Positions 25,433-39,056 of a DNA stretch of 64,000 nucleotides are shown one piece after another. The notes beneath the pieces were generated by a model, which ran no database searches, was not told where the DNA came from, and saw nothing but the letters and a program-made list of their open reading frames with translations. Positions within the stretch are counted from its first letter, which is position 1. Each line of letters opens with the position of its first letter. The position numbers and the translations under genes are program-made. Origin of the DNA: Octopus bimaculoides (Eukaryota). Location of the stretch: NCBI RefSeq assembly GCF_001194135.2, contig NC_068992.1, forward strand, positions 38,394,164 through 38,458,163. Reading direction: 5' to 3'.

Positions 25433-26057
25433 NNNNNNNNNNNNNNNNNNNNNNNNNNNNNNNNNNNNNNNNNNNNNNNNNNNNNNNNNNNNNNNNNNNN
25501 NNNNNNNNNNNNNNNNNNNNNNNNNNNNNNNNNNNNNNNNNNNNNNNNNNNNNNNNNNNNNNNNNNNNNNNNNNNNNNNNNNNNNNNNNNNNNNNNNNNN
25601 NNNNNNNNNNNNNNNNNNNNNNNNNNNNNNNNNNNNNNNNNNNNNNNNNNNNNNNNNNNNNNNNNNNNNNNNNNNNNNNNNNNNNNNNNNNNNNNNNNNN
25701 NNNNNNNNNNNNNNNNNNNNNNNNNNNNNNNNNNNNNNNNNNNNNNNNNNNNNNNNNNNNNNNNNNNNNNNNNNNNNNNNNNNNNNNNNNNNNNNNNNNN
25801 NNNNNNNNNNNNNNNNNNNNNNNNNNNNNNNNNNNNNNNNNNNNNNNNNNNNNNNNNNNNNNNNNNNNNNNNNNNNNNNNNNNNNNNNNNNNNNNNNNNN
25901 NNNNNNNNNNNNNNNNNNNNNNNNNNNNNNNNNNNNNNNNNNNNNNNNNNNNNNNNNNNNNNNNNNNNNNNNNNNNNNNNNNNNNNNNNNNNNNNNNNNN
26001 NNNNNNNNNNNNNNNNNNNNNNNNNNNNNNNNNNNNNNNNNNNNNNNNNNNNNNNNN

Positions 26058-26182
26058 CCCACTATACTCTCGGAGTGGTTGGCGTTAGGAAGGGCATCCA
26101 GCTGTAGAGACTCTGCCAAATCAGTCAAATCGTCCAACCCATGCTAGCATGGAAAGCGGACTTTAAACGATGATGATGATGA

Positions 26183-26186
<4 letters not shown>
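26058..26186 (+). mobile_element. Type A / RTE 3' end with (GAT)n tail, probably the terminus of the RTE LINE across the gap
   Basis: Same strand as the LINE, directly after the 625-nt gap, and matches the type A SINE tail. Continuity is hidden by the Ns. Confidence 0.6.
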
Positions 26187-26225
<39 letters not shown>

Positions 26226-26689
26226 TACTTTGGAACCATGTGATTTCATGTTCTGGCCTACTGCTTGGCACCTTGCACAAGTATCTTGTATTTTTAGACT
26301 GAGCAAAGCCTTGTGAGTAAATTTGGTAGATGTAACCCAGAAGAAGCTTGTTCTATGCACACACACAGTTGAAATTTACAGAAAACAAAAGATGAAGACA
26401 GGTGAAGGACCAACAAGTAGGTGTATTAGTTTAATGCTTGGGAAGAATGGAAAAATCTTTTTACGTTTCAAGCCTATGCACCTTGACAGAAAGGATTGAG
26501 AGGAGAAAAAAATGGAGAGGGAATGAAAGAAAAAACACGGAGAGAGAAAAAAATGTGCAGAGTTCAATGGTCCAACATGGTGTGTGTGTGTGTGTGTGTG
26601 TGTGCGCACACGTACATAAGAAACTTTCTTCTATGCTGGTTGCATGTATGTTTGTATGTATATATGTATGTATCATCATCTTCGTTATC

Positions 26690-26826
26690 ATCATGATTTA
26701 ATATCAGCTTTCCATGCAGGCATGGGTAGGACAGTTTGACTGAGGGCTGGCAAACCAGAAGGCTGCACCAGGCCCCAATCTGATCTGGCAAAGTTTCTAC
26801 AGATGGATGCCCTTCCTAACACCACT
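26690..26826 (-). mobile_element. SINE type A, 3' part
   Basis: Type A module. Confidence 0.75.
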
Positions 26827-27269
26827 GTATGTATGTATGTATGTATGTATGCATACATGCACAAAGAACAAGTTTCTTTCAGGTTACATCTACCAAATTT
26901 ATTCATAAGGCTTCGGTCAGTCTAGAAATACAGAAGATACTTGCTCAAGGTGCCAGGCAGTAGGACAGAACCTGAAATCACATGGTTGAGAAGTCAATTT
27001 CTTGACTACACAGTTATACTTGGACTATGTCAAAGTGTAGATAAAAAATTCCTTTCTTAAAGCATGAAGTGGTTAAGGTGACCTGCCTCAGGTGAAGCAC
27101 TATGTGGTAAGCAAGTTAAGTAAATAAGACATAACATTCACAGGACATTTAATTCTAGTTTATCTTATCAGAGGTGAATTGTGTCAGAAAGTTCAACCAG
27201 CTAAAAAGTGGTATGAGGGTTAAATAGAATAAAGTCTCTCTGCAGACATAACACAATGTCTGCAGTGTA

Positions 27270-27492
27270 ATAATCCTTTCTACTATAGGCACAAGGCTTG
27301 AAATTTGGGAAGGTGGGGGAGGGGGCTAGTTGATTACATCGACTCCAGTGTTTAACTGGCACGTATTTTATCCACACTGAAAGGATGGAAGGCAAAGTCA
27401 ACCTTGGCAGAACTTGAACTCAGAACGTAAAGGTGGACAAAACACTACCAAGTATTTTGCCCGGCATGTTAACGATTTTGCCCGCTCACCAT
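27270..27492 (-). mobile_element. SINE type B
   Basis: Type B module. Confidence 0.75.
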
Positions 27493-28344
27493 CTCAGTTA
27501 TGTCATGTAATATTAATCATAATGATCCATAAAAGGAATTGGTAGTTTGATATTCTCAAGAATATTTGTGGTGACAATTTTACATGAAGGATAGAAAGAA
27601 AAGAATGAGTTGGAAAGAATCAGTTTATATAACTAGCAATATGTCTCAATCTCTCTGTCCACCCTCCTAAGGATGATAATTGATTTTATTGGATTATTGC
27701 CCTTTGATTACTGAAAGCCAACTCAAATGTTACCTATCACATAACATATTTGCAACATACATTTTCCACTGCTGTTAATATTAATATTTACTTAATCTAA
27801 CAGTCCAAACAGTATCAGCATTATTATGATGGGGGTAGGCTCCAAAGGGGGTCTCAGGGAGTAGCGTCCCTGCCTTCCTGAACTAGTTTTCCACCACATT
27901 TCTTAAAAATCATGGTAGAGGCCTTGGTCTCGGGACCACTCATGTCTAGAAACTGAGGTTGGGAGTAAGCAAGGTTGGGAGTAAGCTCCCCGTAGAAAAT
28001 CCAGCTCCAAAAAAAGCCTAATAATAGCAAAGAAAAATGGGCACCAGCCAGCCCAAAGGTTGGAGTGGGCTGCACCTACCTACCACAATTGCTATGGCAT
28101 TGAGGTAGATCCAGCCACCTCCAATAACGGGGACAAAACCTGGATTTAAAACACTGGATGATGATGATGATAATAATCATCTAATGTTCATCAATCATGC
28201 AGGTCAGTTGAAGAAGGACCAACAAGTCAGAGGACTGTATTGAGCCCCAGTCTGCTTTGGTATAGTTTCTATGGCTGGATGCCCTACAGAATGTCCAGGA
28301 TGCCTTTTTTCTTTCATGAAATTGTAGTTGTGGTGGATGCCAGT

Positions 28345-28715
28345 GCTGTCTGACTGGCACCCATGCTGGTGGCATGTAAAAAGCACTGTTCAAGCATTGG
28401 ACTGCATGGAGCCAGTGACAGGTGATCAAGGCCTTTGGTGATACACTGTGCTTTGTTGACCTGTCAAAGCTAAGTGAGACCATAGTTGTGACTGATGCCG
28501 GTGTCAGGCCAATGGCACATAAGAAAACACCCACTACACTCTCGGAGTGACTGGCATTAGTAAGGGCATCCAGCAGTAGAAACCTTGCCAAATCAGATTG
28601 GAACCTGGTACAGCTCCCCAGCTTACCAGTTTTCAGTCAAACTATCCAACCCATGCCAGCATGGAGAGCAGACGTTAAACGATGATGATAATGACGATGA
28701 TGCTAATGATGATGA
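28345..28715 (+). mobile_element. SINE type A
   Basis: Type A module ending gacgttaaacgatgatgat. Confidence 0.8.
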
Positions 28716-29059
28716 TCAGTACTAATGAGGTCACCATGTAATCCCCAAGACAAAGAGGATGCCACCTTAACTGAGTGTAGCAAAGAGGGAGGTGAATTTA
28801 TGTGCCGGGGTTGAGAGGCTAATGCTGTCATGGCTGCCCTATATAAGGGCAGGTGAGAGGTAGCTGGCAAGTGAGATAAAGATGGTGGTGACAAGGACTT
28901 AGGGTGTATTCTAAAGCAAGAATAGGGACAGAGGAGAGGGAAGGTAAGTTCACAAAAGGATGAGAGGAGAGCAACAGATGACTGGGACCAAGGGCTTGGA
29001 TCACAGAGAACATCTTTTATCTTTTTAGTCAAATTAACCCCAGGACTTTTTTTTTTTAA

Positions 29060-29233
29060 CCCTTTAGCATTCAGATTTTTCTGTCAAATATAAGATTCAT
29101 TCATTCATTATCTCATAACTTTGGGATTGTTTGTTCTGACATTGTAGGGTAGGTGTGAGAAGCCAGATCAGCTTAGTTTAAACATAAAAGAAAAATATTT
29201 GGGCCAGATATGGTTAGATTAAATGCTAAAGAG
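29060..29233. mobile_element. piggyBac-like MITE, family 2
   Basis: TTAA|CCCTTTAGCATT...AATGCTAAAGAG|TTAA. Confidence 0.7.
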
Positions 29234-29244
29234 TTAAAAATTTG

Positions 29245-29500
29245 TACTTTAGTCTGTTGGCCGCTTTTGCTGAACTTCTAAGTCATGGGGACACCAGTTG
29301 TCAAGTGGTAGGGTGAGGAAAAACACACACACACACACACACACACAACAGGCTTCCACCCAATCTCCACCTACAAAATTAACACACAAGGTATTGATCA
29401 GCCTGGAGCTATAGAAGACACTTGCCCAAGATGTCACACAGTGGAACTGAACCTGAAAGCACATGGTTGTAGAGCAAGCTTCTTAATCACACAGCCATAA
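29245..29500 (-). mobile_element. SINE type C
   Basis: Type C module with (CA)n centre. Confidence 0.7.
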
Positions 29501-30149
29501 TGTAACATTACCAGTCATATAATGGTTAACCATTCAGTGTTGAAGGAATGAAAATCGAAGAATAACAACCAAGACATGGAGATATCAATCTAAAAAGTTG
29601 AGTGAAGTAGACAGACATGGAGATCAATAAATAATCTTAGTTAAAATGTTTATCAGTTCTCAGTAAAGAGGAACACAAATATAGTTATTGTATCACAAAA
29701 ACAACTTTGTTTTCAAACACAATCCACATGGGAACAGCTTGCATATTTGGTTGGCCTTTAAACAACTTCTATATAAACTATTTAATGAACCTAATCTTTT
29801 AACGACATGTTAAGCATATCACTGTGTCTGTGCGTGTGCGTGTGTGTGTGTGTATAAAAGGTGTCATTTAAGGATTGTTCAGAAGCTATTAGTCTGCTGG
29901 GGATGGGGAATGGACTAAAAATATTTTAGAATCTAGATAGATAAGAAGTGTGGCCTGTAGAATGTAGTGTATGTATACTGTCTATATTTATCTCGGTAGA
30001 ACATTATATGAAGAAGAAAAAAGAAAAGCACTTAACTACATTTATTTATATGCAAACTATTGATTTTGTTTTGATTAGGTCATGGGAGCAATTTATTCAG
30101 GAGAAGGGCTTAGTAAAGTGAAATGACCCTTGATTCACACTGAATCATA

Positions 30150-30813
30150 GTGATAATAATTGCTTCAAATTTTGGCTCATTTTAGAGGGACAGTCAATGA
30201 CATAACCCCACCGTACAGTACTTGACTGGTACTTAATGTACAGCCCTGAAAGGATGACAGGCAAAGTTGGTCTCAACAGAATTTGAACCCAGAATGTACA
30301 GGCAGACAAAAATATTGCCAAGCACTTTATCCCATGTGGTAATGATTCTGTCAACTGACTGCCTTAGTAATTCTTTTATTCTTTTACTTGTTTCAGTCAT
30401 TTGACTGCGGCCATGCTGGAGTACCGCCTTTGAGGGTTTTACTCAAAGAAATCAACACCAGGACTTATTCTTTGTAAGCTTAGTACTTATTCTATCAGTC
30501 TCTTTTGCCGAACTGCTAAGTTACGGAGATGTAAACAGACCAACATCGACTGTCAAGCGATGGCGGGAGGGACAAACACAGACATACAAGCATATATATA
30601 TTCTTTTATTTGTTCCAGCCATTTGACTGCAGCCATGCTGGAGCACCGCCTTTAGTCGAAAAATTGACCCTAGGACGTATTCTATCAGTATCTTTTGCTG
30701 AACCACTAAGTAACAGGGATGTAAACACACTATCATCAGTTGTCAAGCAATTGGGGGTGGGGGGAGAAACAGAGACANNNNNNNNNNNNNNNNNNNNNNN
30801 NNNNNNNNNNNNN

Positions 30814-30849
<36 letters not shown>

Positions 30850-30955
30850 GATGGGCTATAGTAAAAGACACTTGCCCAAGGTGCCACTCAGTAGGATTGA
30901 ACCCAGAACCATGTGGCTGGGAAGCAAGCTTCTTACCACACAGCCACGCCTGCAT
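30150..30955 (-). mobile_element. Cluster of one type B and two type C SINEs
   Basis: Adjacent modules at about 30150-30370, 30375-30600 and 30600-30955. Confidence 0.75.
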
Positions 30956-31179
30956 CTATAATGATGATGAATTTTTGTTTGACTGTTTTCTGTTACCATA
31001 TTTCTGTTGAAACACACTACCTCTACTTCAATTAGCTTTGAAAATAACGAAGAATTCAATAAAATAACTGCTGTTTGGAACACATAAATTAACATGAAAT
31101 TTTGATCGGAAATTTTAAAATCTGGATCGTTTTAAAACAAGGAGTTTGTATCAGAAATACATAAGAATGACTTGAAGTA

Positions 31180-31246
31180 TAGAGAGGGAGGAGAGGGAGA
31201 GAGAGAGAGAGAGAGAAGCAGGCAGACACACTGGCACAGAGACAGA

Positions 31247-31297
<51 letters not shown>

Positions 31298-31470
31298 GAA
31301 AGACAGAGAGACACACACATACACACACAGAAAGAGAGAGACAGAGAGAAACAAAGAGACAGAGACAGAGCGAGAGAGACAGACACACACACACACACAC
31401 AGAGGCACAGAGAGATAGACAGAGAGAGGGAGAGAAAGAAATAAAGAAACAGAGAAACAGACAGAGAGGG
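31180..31470. repeat. Composite (GA)n/(CA)n/(GACA)n microsatellite
   Basis: Visible directly in the sequence. Confidence 0.9.
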
Positions 31471-32712
31471 AGAGAAAGCAAATTAATTTACCTGGGTAAA
31501 GATATATTTCTTCAGCCATAGAGGAAAGTTTGATTACCCTCATTGACTGGTCAGCAGTATTTTTACTGACAACTCATAAAAAAATGAAACCTCTGCAGGT
31601 AAATGACAACAATTGTAGTCGTTAAGACTGCGCGTTAAGACTGTTGTAAATGGGCATATTTTGGAACAAAAGCTGCCAAGCAAGATGTGTTTTATAACAA
31701 AGGTATTTATTGGTGTGTTTGAGAAAATAGCTGACTGTGGGTGGCAATAATTTCCGGGTCAATCGATAACAGAATAAATAATCTTTCGGAATCAAAGAGA
31801 AGAAAAGGAGGGTGAGAAAATAGAGGAGAGAGAGAGAGGGCAGGGGGAGAAACCAGTTTCAGACAGTACAATTCTAAATTAGATTTACTCTTATGGCACT
31901 GACCCTGAAAATGTAGACAAAGGAGAGTGGGGGTGCATAAATAGAGTGCTAATGTCTTTTATGAATGATTGAATATAGACCAGAGACACATGTGACTGCA
32001 CAGCATATGTAGTCATAAACTGAACAATGATGTATAAAAGGAGGTGGAAGGTGTGTTTTATAAATACCTACATATATACATACTACAAAACCCCAAAACA
32101 TAAAAATTTTTTTTTTTTTTAAAGTTACTGGTTTCACCTGACAATTTTATAGTCGTAGTGCACATTTGTCCGTCACATGAACCAGATCTATAGAATGTCA
32201 TTAAAATATTTCCAGCACAAAAGTAGTTAGACAATTGTGAAGTATATTACTTAAACATAGAAAAGACCGGCTAGAAATAACAGGCTAATTTACATCTAAT
32301 CACACAATACTTATCGTTGTCATCACCATCATGATTTGACATCTGTTTTCCATGCTGGCCTAGGTTTGACAGGCGTGGGCAAAGCAGAAAGCTACATCAG
32401 GTCTCAATTTTCTGTGTTTGACAAGGTTTCTACAGCTGGATGCCNNNNNNNNNNNNNNNNNNNNNNNNNNNNNNNNNNNNNNNNNNNNNNNNNNNNNNNN
32501 NNNNNNNNNNNNNNNNNNNNNNNNNNNNNNNNNNNNNNNNNNNNNNNNNNNNNNNNNNNNNNNNNNNNNNNNNNNNNNNNNNNNNNNNNNNNNNNNNNNN
32601 NNNNNNNNNCTGGTTGCTTTTTATGTGGCACCAGTACCAGCGCTTGCTTCTGTGTGGCACCAGCACAGGTGCCAGGGATGGCATAGCAAGACTTTTGGTT
32701 ATTGGTCTACTC

Positions 32713-32987
32713 CAGTGGTTCCCAAAGTGGGCAGTACTGCCCCCGCTGTGGCCAGCGGAAAGATTAAGCGAGGCTTTGAAGAAAAGTGGGGCAATAATAG
32801 GGTCGCCAAAAGGGGGCAATGAATGTAAACCCACTCGTTCCCCCCCCCAAAAAAAATGTGTTAAACTTTTATTTGTGAAATACTGTTGTTTTGAATTTGC
32901 TGCAGAAAGAGGTCTACGTCTGTGGGGGTGTGGGTGTGGTTCAAATGTCATGGGGATGGCAGACCCGAAAAAGTTTGGGAACTACTG
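32713..32987. mobile_element. hAT (Charlie-like) MITE with 8-bp target site duplication
   Basis: TIRs CAGTGGTTCCCAAA / TTTGGGAACTACTG. An exact TSD GTCTACTC sits at 32705-32712 and 32988-32995. Confidence 0.9.
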
Positions 32988-34094
32988 GTCTACTCAATTA
33001 GGGCTGAACTAGGGTTAAACAACTTTACAACATATATTGTAGAATCACTGTATGTGTGTGTGTGTGTGGTTGTGCATAATAATGGTTTCAAATTTTGGTA
33101 CAAGGTGCCAGCTGGTTATATATACTTATATACATCATATTTGACAACACATCCATGCAGGTATGGTTGTGCTCTTAACACATTCTCTTTCCATCGACAT
33201 GGTTTCAAGTCCAGTTCCACTACCATAGCCTTGGGTCAATGAGAGGCTTGTGAGTGGATGTGGTAGATGGAAACTGAAAGAAGCCTGTCACATGAGTATA
33301 TGTGTGTTTGTGACTCCTTATCTGAACAGCAATAGTCGTAAATGAGCCTCACTGTCATTCAAATGGTCTCATTGATTTTTCCATCTTCAGAGAAAGCATC
33401 TCCATCCATGGGGATATATTACCTTACTCGAAAAACAGGTGAGTGTTTTGTGACAGCTTATGGCTGTAGACAATTTGCTACAATTTACAAACATGGAGCA
33501 AACAGCAGATGTTAAACTCATGATGATGATATTGTTTAACAACCACTTTTCCATGGTTGCTCTGCCTGCTTGAAAGAACAGCCAAAATTCCCTTACATCA
33601 CACCCTAGTATCTAAAAAAAAGAACCCCAAACACATTAGGAAGCCTGTGAAATGTCTTTGATCAGTTCTGCTAAATCAAGTATGACCTGAGGCTAAGCAA
33701 CAATAACATAGCTACATATTAGAAGGATACAACTCCAAATTAAAGTATCAAAGCAGTTTTCAAATAGAAAATCCTTAAATAAGATTTCACCCAAGTAACA
33801 CCCTTACAATTGAATAAACACATAAAATGATGTTATGTGGTTATTATACAACTGTGAAAAGGATGTAATTCTGTCTTAGTCTTCCTAGCTAACAACAGGT
33901 TCCACTCCCTTTCAAGGTTGAATGGTTAGCTCAGGAAGAAGCATTCAAACGTAAAAAATTAATAAATAAGTAAATAGCTTAACTATGAAGAGATAATCAT
34001 ATTTTCTTTGATGAATAAACGACAGGCACATTTTTACTTGTGAAAAGTCAACATATTGAATAAATTCTGTTTACCTTATTATTATTATTATTAT

Positions 34095-34290
34095 TATTGT
34101 GACAGTAATCTGACTGAATCGTCAGCAGTATTTCCTCTGACCTTCTGTTCTGAGTTCAAATGCTGCTACAGTTGACTTTAGCTTTCATCCTTCAGGGATT
34201 AATAAAATAAGTACCAGTTGAATACTGGGGTTGATATAATCGACTTGACCCCTCCCCTAAAATTGCTGGCCTTCAGCCAAAATTTGAAAC

Positions 34291-34324
<34 letters not shown>

Positions 34325-34559
34325 GAGGTGGGAAACTGGCAGAATCATTAGCACACTGGATGAAATGCTTAGTGGTATTTTGCTTGTTGCTGCGTTCTGA
34401 GTTCAAATATTGCCAAAGTCAACTTCACCTTTTATCATTTCAGGGTTGATAAAATAAATACCAGTTGAGCACAGGAGTCCCCCAAATTTCAGGCCTTGTG
34501 CCTATAATAGAAAGGATTATTATTATTATCCCCTCTGACTTTGTGCCAAAATTTTAAAC

Positions 34560-34606
<47 letters not shown>

Positions 34607-34785
34607 GATTGGCAAGCTGGCAGAATCATTAGCATATTGGATAAAATACTTAGTGATATTTCTTCTGGTTCCTTATGTTCTGAGCTCAATAAAAGCACAA
34701 ATCAAGTGCTGGGGTCAATGAAATCAACCACACCCACTCCTCTTCAAATTGTTGGCCTATGCCAAAATTAGGAAGAATTATTCTT
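34095..34785 (+). mobile_element. Head-to-tail array of three type B SINEs separated by (ATT)n
   Basis: Three successive modules, with (tta)n tracts between them. Confidence 0.8.
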
Positions 34786-35852
34786 TTTATTGGTTCCTTT
34801 AATGTGGTATAGGTGATGATAATTGGTGTCTGTGACAAAGCAACTATCAGAAACACACACACACAAAATAGTTTCCACATTCGTTGTGCGAGTGGTAGGA
34901 AAGCAACAGGATTCTATCATCACCATCACTGTTGTTATCGTTTTAATGTCCATTTTTTCATACCTGCATGGATCAGATGGAATCTACTGAGGCAGATTTT
35001 CTACAGGTGGATGCCCTTCCTGTTGCTTACCCTTACCTGTTTCCGAGTAAGGTAATATTCCTCCATGGCCAGACAAGTTTTTCACAGAAGACTGGAAACC
35101 AACATTACTTGTGTGATGGTGATGTTTGCTTACAACCATTACATCAGGTCAAGGCAAAGGTACGCACACACAAACACGTACATAAAGGACTTCTTTCAGT
35201 TTCCATCTACCAAATACATTCACAAGGCTTTAGCTAGCCAGGGGTTATAGTTGAAGTCAAATGCCCTAAGTGCCACACAGTAGGACTGAACCAAGAAACC
35301 TTGTGATTGGAAAGTGGAATTCCTAACCACACAGCAATGCCTATGTCTTAATTATAGAGCAAAAAGAATCAGAGGAAATTCTGCATAACATTTTGTCTGA
35401 TTCACAAATGGTTCTACCAGCTTACTGCCTTAATAATAATTCTTTCTAATTTTGGCACTAGACCAGTATTTTGGAGGGGAGGAGCGAGTCAACCGCAGTA
35501 AATGACTGGTAGTCATTTTATGGATCCTGAAAGGATGAAAGCTAAAGTCAACCTTAGCAAAATTTGAACTCTGAATATAAAAACAATGTTGATTTCTCAT
35601 AAATAAAAACTTTTTTCCTTAGTTATTTTTTTTTATATTTAAGCCATTTATTTCATGCTTGAATGCTTCTTCCCATAGCTAACCATTCAACCTTGAATGG
35701 GAGTGGGAACTGTTGCTGGATAAGTAGACAGAGGCAAACTGAATTATATACTCTTCAAAAGTTGTTTGCTGATGGTAAATTCAGTTTAACCATTTTGACA
35801 CCAACCTGCTGGGGATCACTCTTAGTTCTGTGGTATGACCTTCCTGTTTTAA

Positions 35853-36236
35853 CCCTTTCAATACCAACCTGGCTAAAACTGTCTCTGACTCTGTAGTACA
35901 AATGTCTTGTTTTCATAAGTTCTGAATTAAAATTTTCCTAACACTAGCTGAATGATAACTAAGTTATTTTACTAAATGTTTTGTTATATTTAAAATTAAT
36001 TCAAAGAAACACAGACTATCTCATACCAACCCAGCTGAAACTGCCTCTGGCTCTGTAGTAGAAATGTCTTGTTTTCAAAAGTTCTGAATTAAAATCTTCC
36101 ACCAAACCTTAGTCACAATTTATGTTGCTAACACTAGCTTAATGATAACTAAGTTATTTTACTAAATTCTTTGTTATATTTAAAATTAATTGAAAGAAAC
36201 AGAGAGCATCTCAAAAGAAATATGGTAACGAAAGGA
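35853..36236. mobile_element. Two tandem or overlapping piggyBac-like family 1 MITE copies
   Basis: TTAA|CCCTTTC start and an internal duplication of the 4788-5002 family sequence in reverse orientation. Confidence 0.7.
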
Positions 36237-36254
36237 CTAAAGTTATCTAAATTT

Positions 36255-36480
36255 AAACCTTCACTAAAAATCTGGTCGGGTTGATGGCTGGTGTTGGTTA
36301 ACCACATGCCACATGGTCAATGGCCACAGCGAATGAGGAGGGATCTTGCAAAATGGGGATTGACTGGATTCTGCTCAACAGGTTGCTCTGAAGGACCAGG
36401 GAATATACAGACAAATAGTGAATGGAGCAACATGCTGTAACAGTGCATGACCCCACACTTGACCCGACCTGACCTGACTA
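36255..36480 (+). mobile_element. 3' terminal fragment of an RTE-like LINE
   Basis: A frameshifted translation gives QRMRRDLAKMGIDW-DSAQQVALKDQGIYRQIVNGATC*, followed by an (ACCTG)n-like tail. This resembles RTE ORF ends. Confidence 0.55.
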
Positions 36481-36607
36481 ACATTTTATACTAATTTATG
36501 TTCCAAACACTAGCTTAATAATGACAAAGTTATTCTATTAAATCCATCCTATATTTCAAAACTAATTGAAACAAAGGCTACGTATCTCAACATGGATATG
36601 TAACTAA

Positions 36608-36935
36608 AGTGATGGTCCATGGCTTAGTGGTTAGGGTTTTTGGCTTACAATTATAAAGTCGTGAGTTCAATTCCCATCAGTGTGTTGTATCCTTGAGCGA
36701 GACATTCTATTTCACGTTACTCCACTCCACTTAGCTGGCAAAAATGAGTTGTACTTGTAACTAAAAGGGGCCATCCTTGTCACATTCTGTGTCGTGCTGA
36801 ATCTCCCTGAGAACTACATTAAGGGTACATGTGCCTGTGGAGTGCTCAGCCACTTGCACATTAATTTCACGATCAAGTTGTTCCGTTGATTAGATCAACT
36901 GGAACACTCATTGTCATAACTGACGTAGTGCCATA
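36608..36935 (+). mobile_element. SINE type D
   Basis: A-box-like TGGCTTAGTGG, B-box-like GAGTTCAATTCCC and the tccttgagcgagac motif. Confidence 0.75.
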
Positions 36936-39056
36936 GTAAATATAGGGCTTTCGAGCTACAAAGTGCTTTATCAGACATCGTTTTTTTTTTTTAATCTATA
37001 TAAAAGAAAACCTGGTCAGTAATAAGAGAACCGTATGTCATATACCTTCCATTTTATCTAAGTTACAAGAGGGCCTATATGGAAAACTGAATTTTGAAAG
37101 TGATATAAATTTAAATCCTCCACAATATTTTCTGTACTTTATGTTCCATACACCAGCTTTATAATAACAAAGTTATTTTACTAAATTCATTGTTTTCAAA
37201 ATTTATTGAAACAAAGACAGAGCATTTCGTTTTGGGATTTGATTTGCAAGATTCTTTATGTGAGTTCATGTGTTGAAGCATATTCTGTTGTGTCTGGGGA
37301 GAGTCATTCTCTTTTAGTGCCTTATAATTTATTTAACACACTCACCAGTAAAATTTCCACTCATTTCCTTCTTCATTTTAAAAAAAATTTTCGTTGTGTC
37401 TTGCAACCGTTTGAATAGTTATTGACAAGGTTGCAAGACACAACGAAAATTTTTTTTTAAATGAAGAAGGAAATGAGTGGAAATTTTACTGATGAGTGTG
37501 TTAAATTATAAGGCACTAAAAGAGAATGACTCTCCCCAGACACAACAAAAGACAGTATTTCAACAGAAAATATGTTAACAAGAATTAATCCCATATTTTC
37601 AATGTATGCCATATGTGTATCTAGTAGCTTATTGATTATACAAATTAAAGTTTAATAGTTGTTTGTGTCCTCAATAACTAGACACTCCTTGCTACACCTT
37701 TCCTGCACTCTATAGTCAGTGAATGAGTGTTCAAAATGATTATCATGGCAACACATGTACTTGGTCCACATAAACAGCTCTTAAATTTACCATTCAGAAA
37801 ATAGGTATTCATCAAATTAGTGTTTTTCAATCGTTGCATTTACTGCCTCACCTATTTCCTACCACTCACCCTGCCCCCATGCATTCTTGTAACTTCCACC
37901 CACCCTCTTCTTCTATCCCCATCACTTCAACTCATCTCGTACCTTGAAGGTCCACTCATGTACCTCATCACCATTATTTTAATCTCTTCTCTGCTCCATC
38001 CCATTACTCCCAGCCTCTCTTCTAAAATGTGAGTAGCCATGTAGCTGCTCTGCAGCAAGAAACTTGTTCTAATCTGGCCCCTTTTCTCATGCTTTTACTT
38101 TTCATCTCCTAGCATAAAAACCACCTCTCTCAGGGTTTGTTGTGTTGCAAGTCACATGGCAACCTCAGTGGTGCTGGGTTGCACAACAGAAACACACCCA
38201 TTTCATGCTGTAAAGCAGTTGGTGTTGGGAAGGGCATCCATGAAAAACTATGCCAAAGCAAACACTGGACAACAATGCAGAACTTGGACTCATTAGCTCC
38301 TGTCAACCTGTTCAACCCATGTCAGAATGGAACATAACATTAAATGATGAAGATGATGAGCAAAAAATCTATGATGAATTTTATGTTGTTTTAGAACAAC
38401 TTCTAATCAAGTAGCTGAGAGCCTGCTACTTTAGTACAACTACTTCATTGGGGTACAGCTCTATATAGTGCAGTCCCTTATTTTCCTTAGGTTCTGCTCT
38501 ATGAAGTGGTATAGTCTTCTTTAATTGGACAGTTTATAAAAGAGCAGCATATTTTAACTTTCCTCTGAAAAAATGAGAGATCCCTTCATTCCTATTAATT
38601 CTAAATGAAACACATTTAAAAAATTTTTTTTAGCCAGGATAGAAGGCAGTACCCATGACCTTTTACAGGGTCTACAAGACTAGAGGGAGGGAGGAAGGAA
38701 TGGAGAAAGGCATCATCAAAGCCTGAGGTTTGGTCTGAAGGCTTGTAACACAGTAGACTCCAGTAAAGGTGCCATGTCAGTACTATGATACTAAAATGAG
38801 TGAGTAGATAGTTACTCCTGATGAAATTTTGGACAAATGTTATTGTTGTCACGTTTAGAACTCATCACAGTTCAATCTCTAATATTTGACATTCTGACGC
38901 AATACCTCACCTTTGACATTCCAGAACATTCCCTCATCCTTGAAATTCCAGTTCCTTACCTCACCCCCAGAACAACTATCAATAAAAATCTTCTATGGAT
39001 TGGATCCAGTTGTAACCTAGATCTTTATTGTGACTCCCATCTCAATATGTTGGTTA

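Noticed and set aside
28830-28852. ctgccct-atata-agggcag hairpin / CArG-like box
   Set aside because: It has seven W bases rather than six, and a short palindrome like this is expected by chance.
36608-36690. tRNA gene (also the heads at 40800-40885, 42798-42870, 62084-62170)
   Set aside because: A/B-box-like motifs are present, but there is no complete cloverleaf and each continues into a repeated SINE body.
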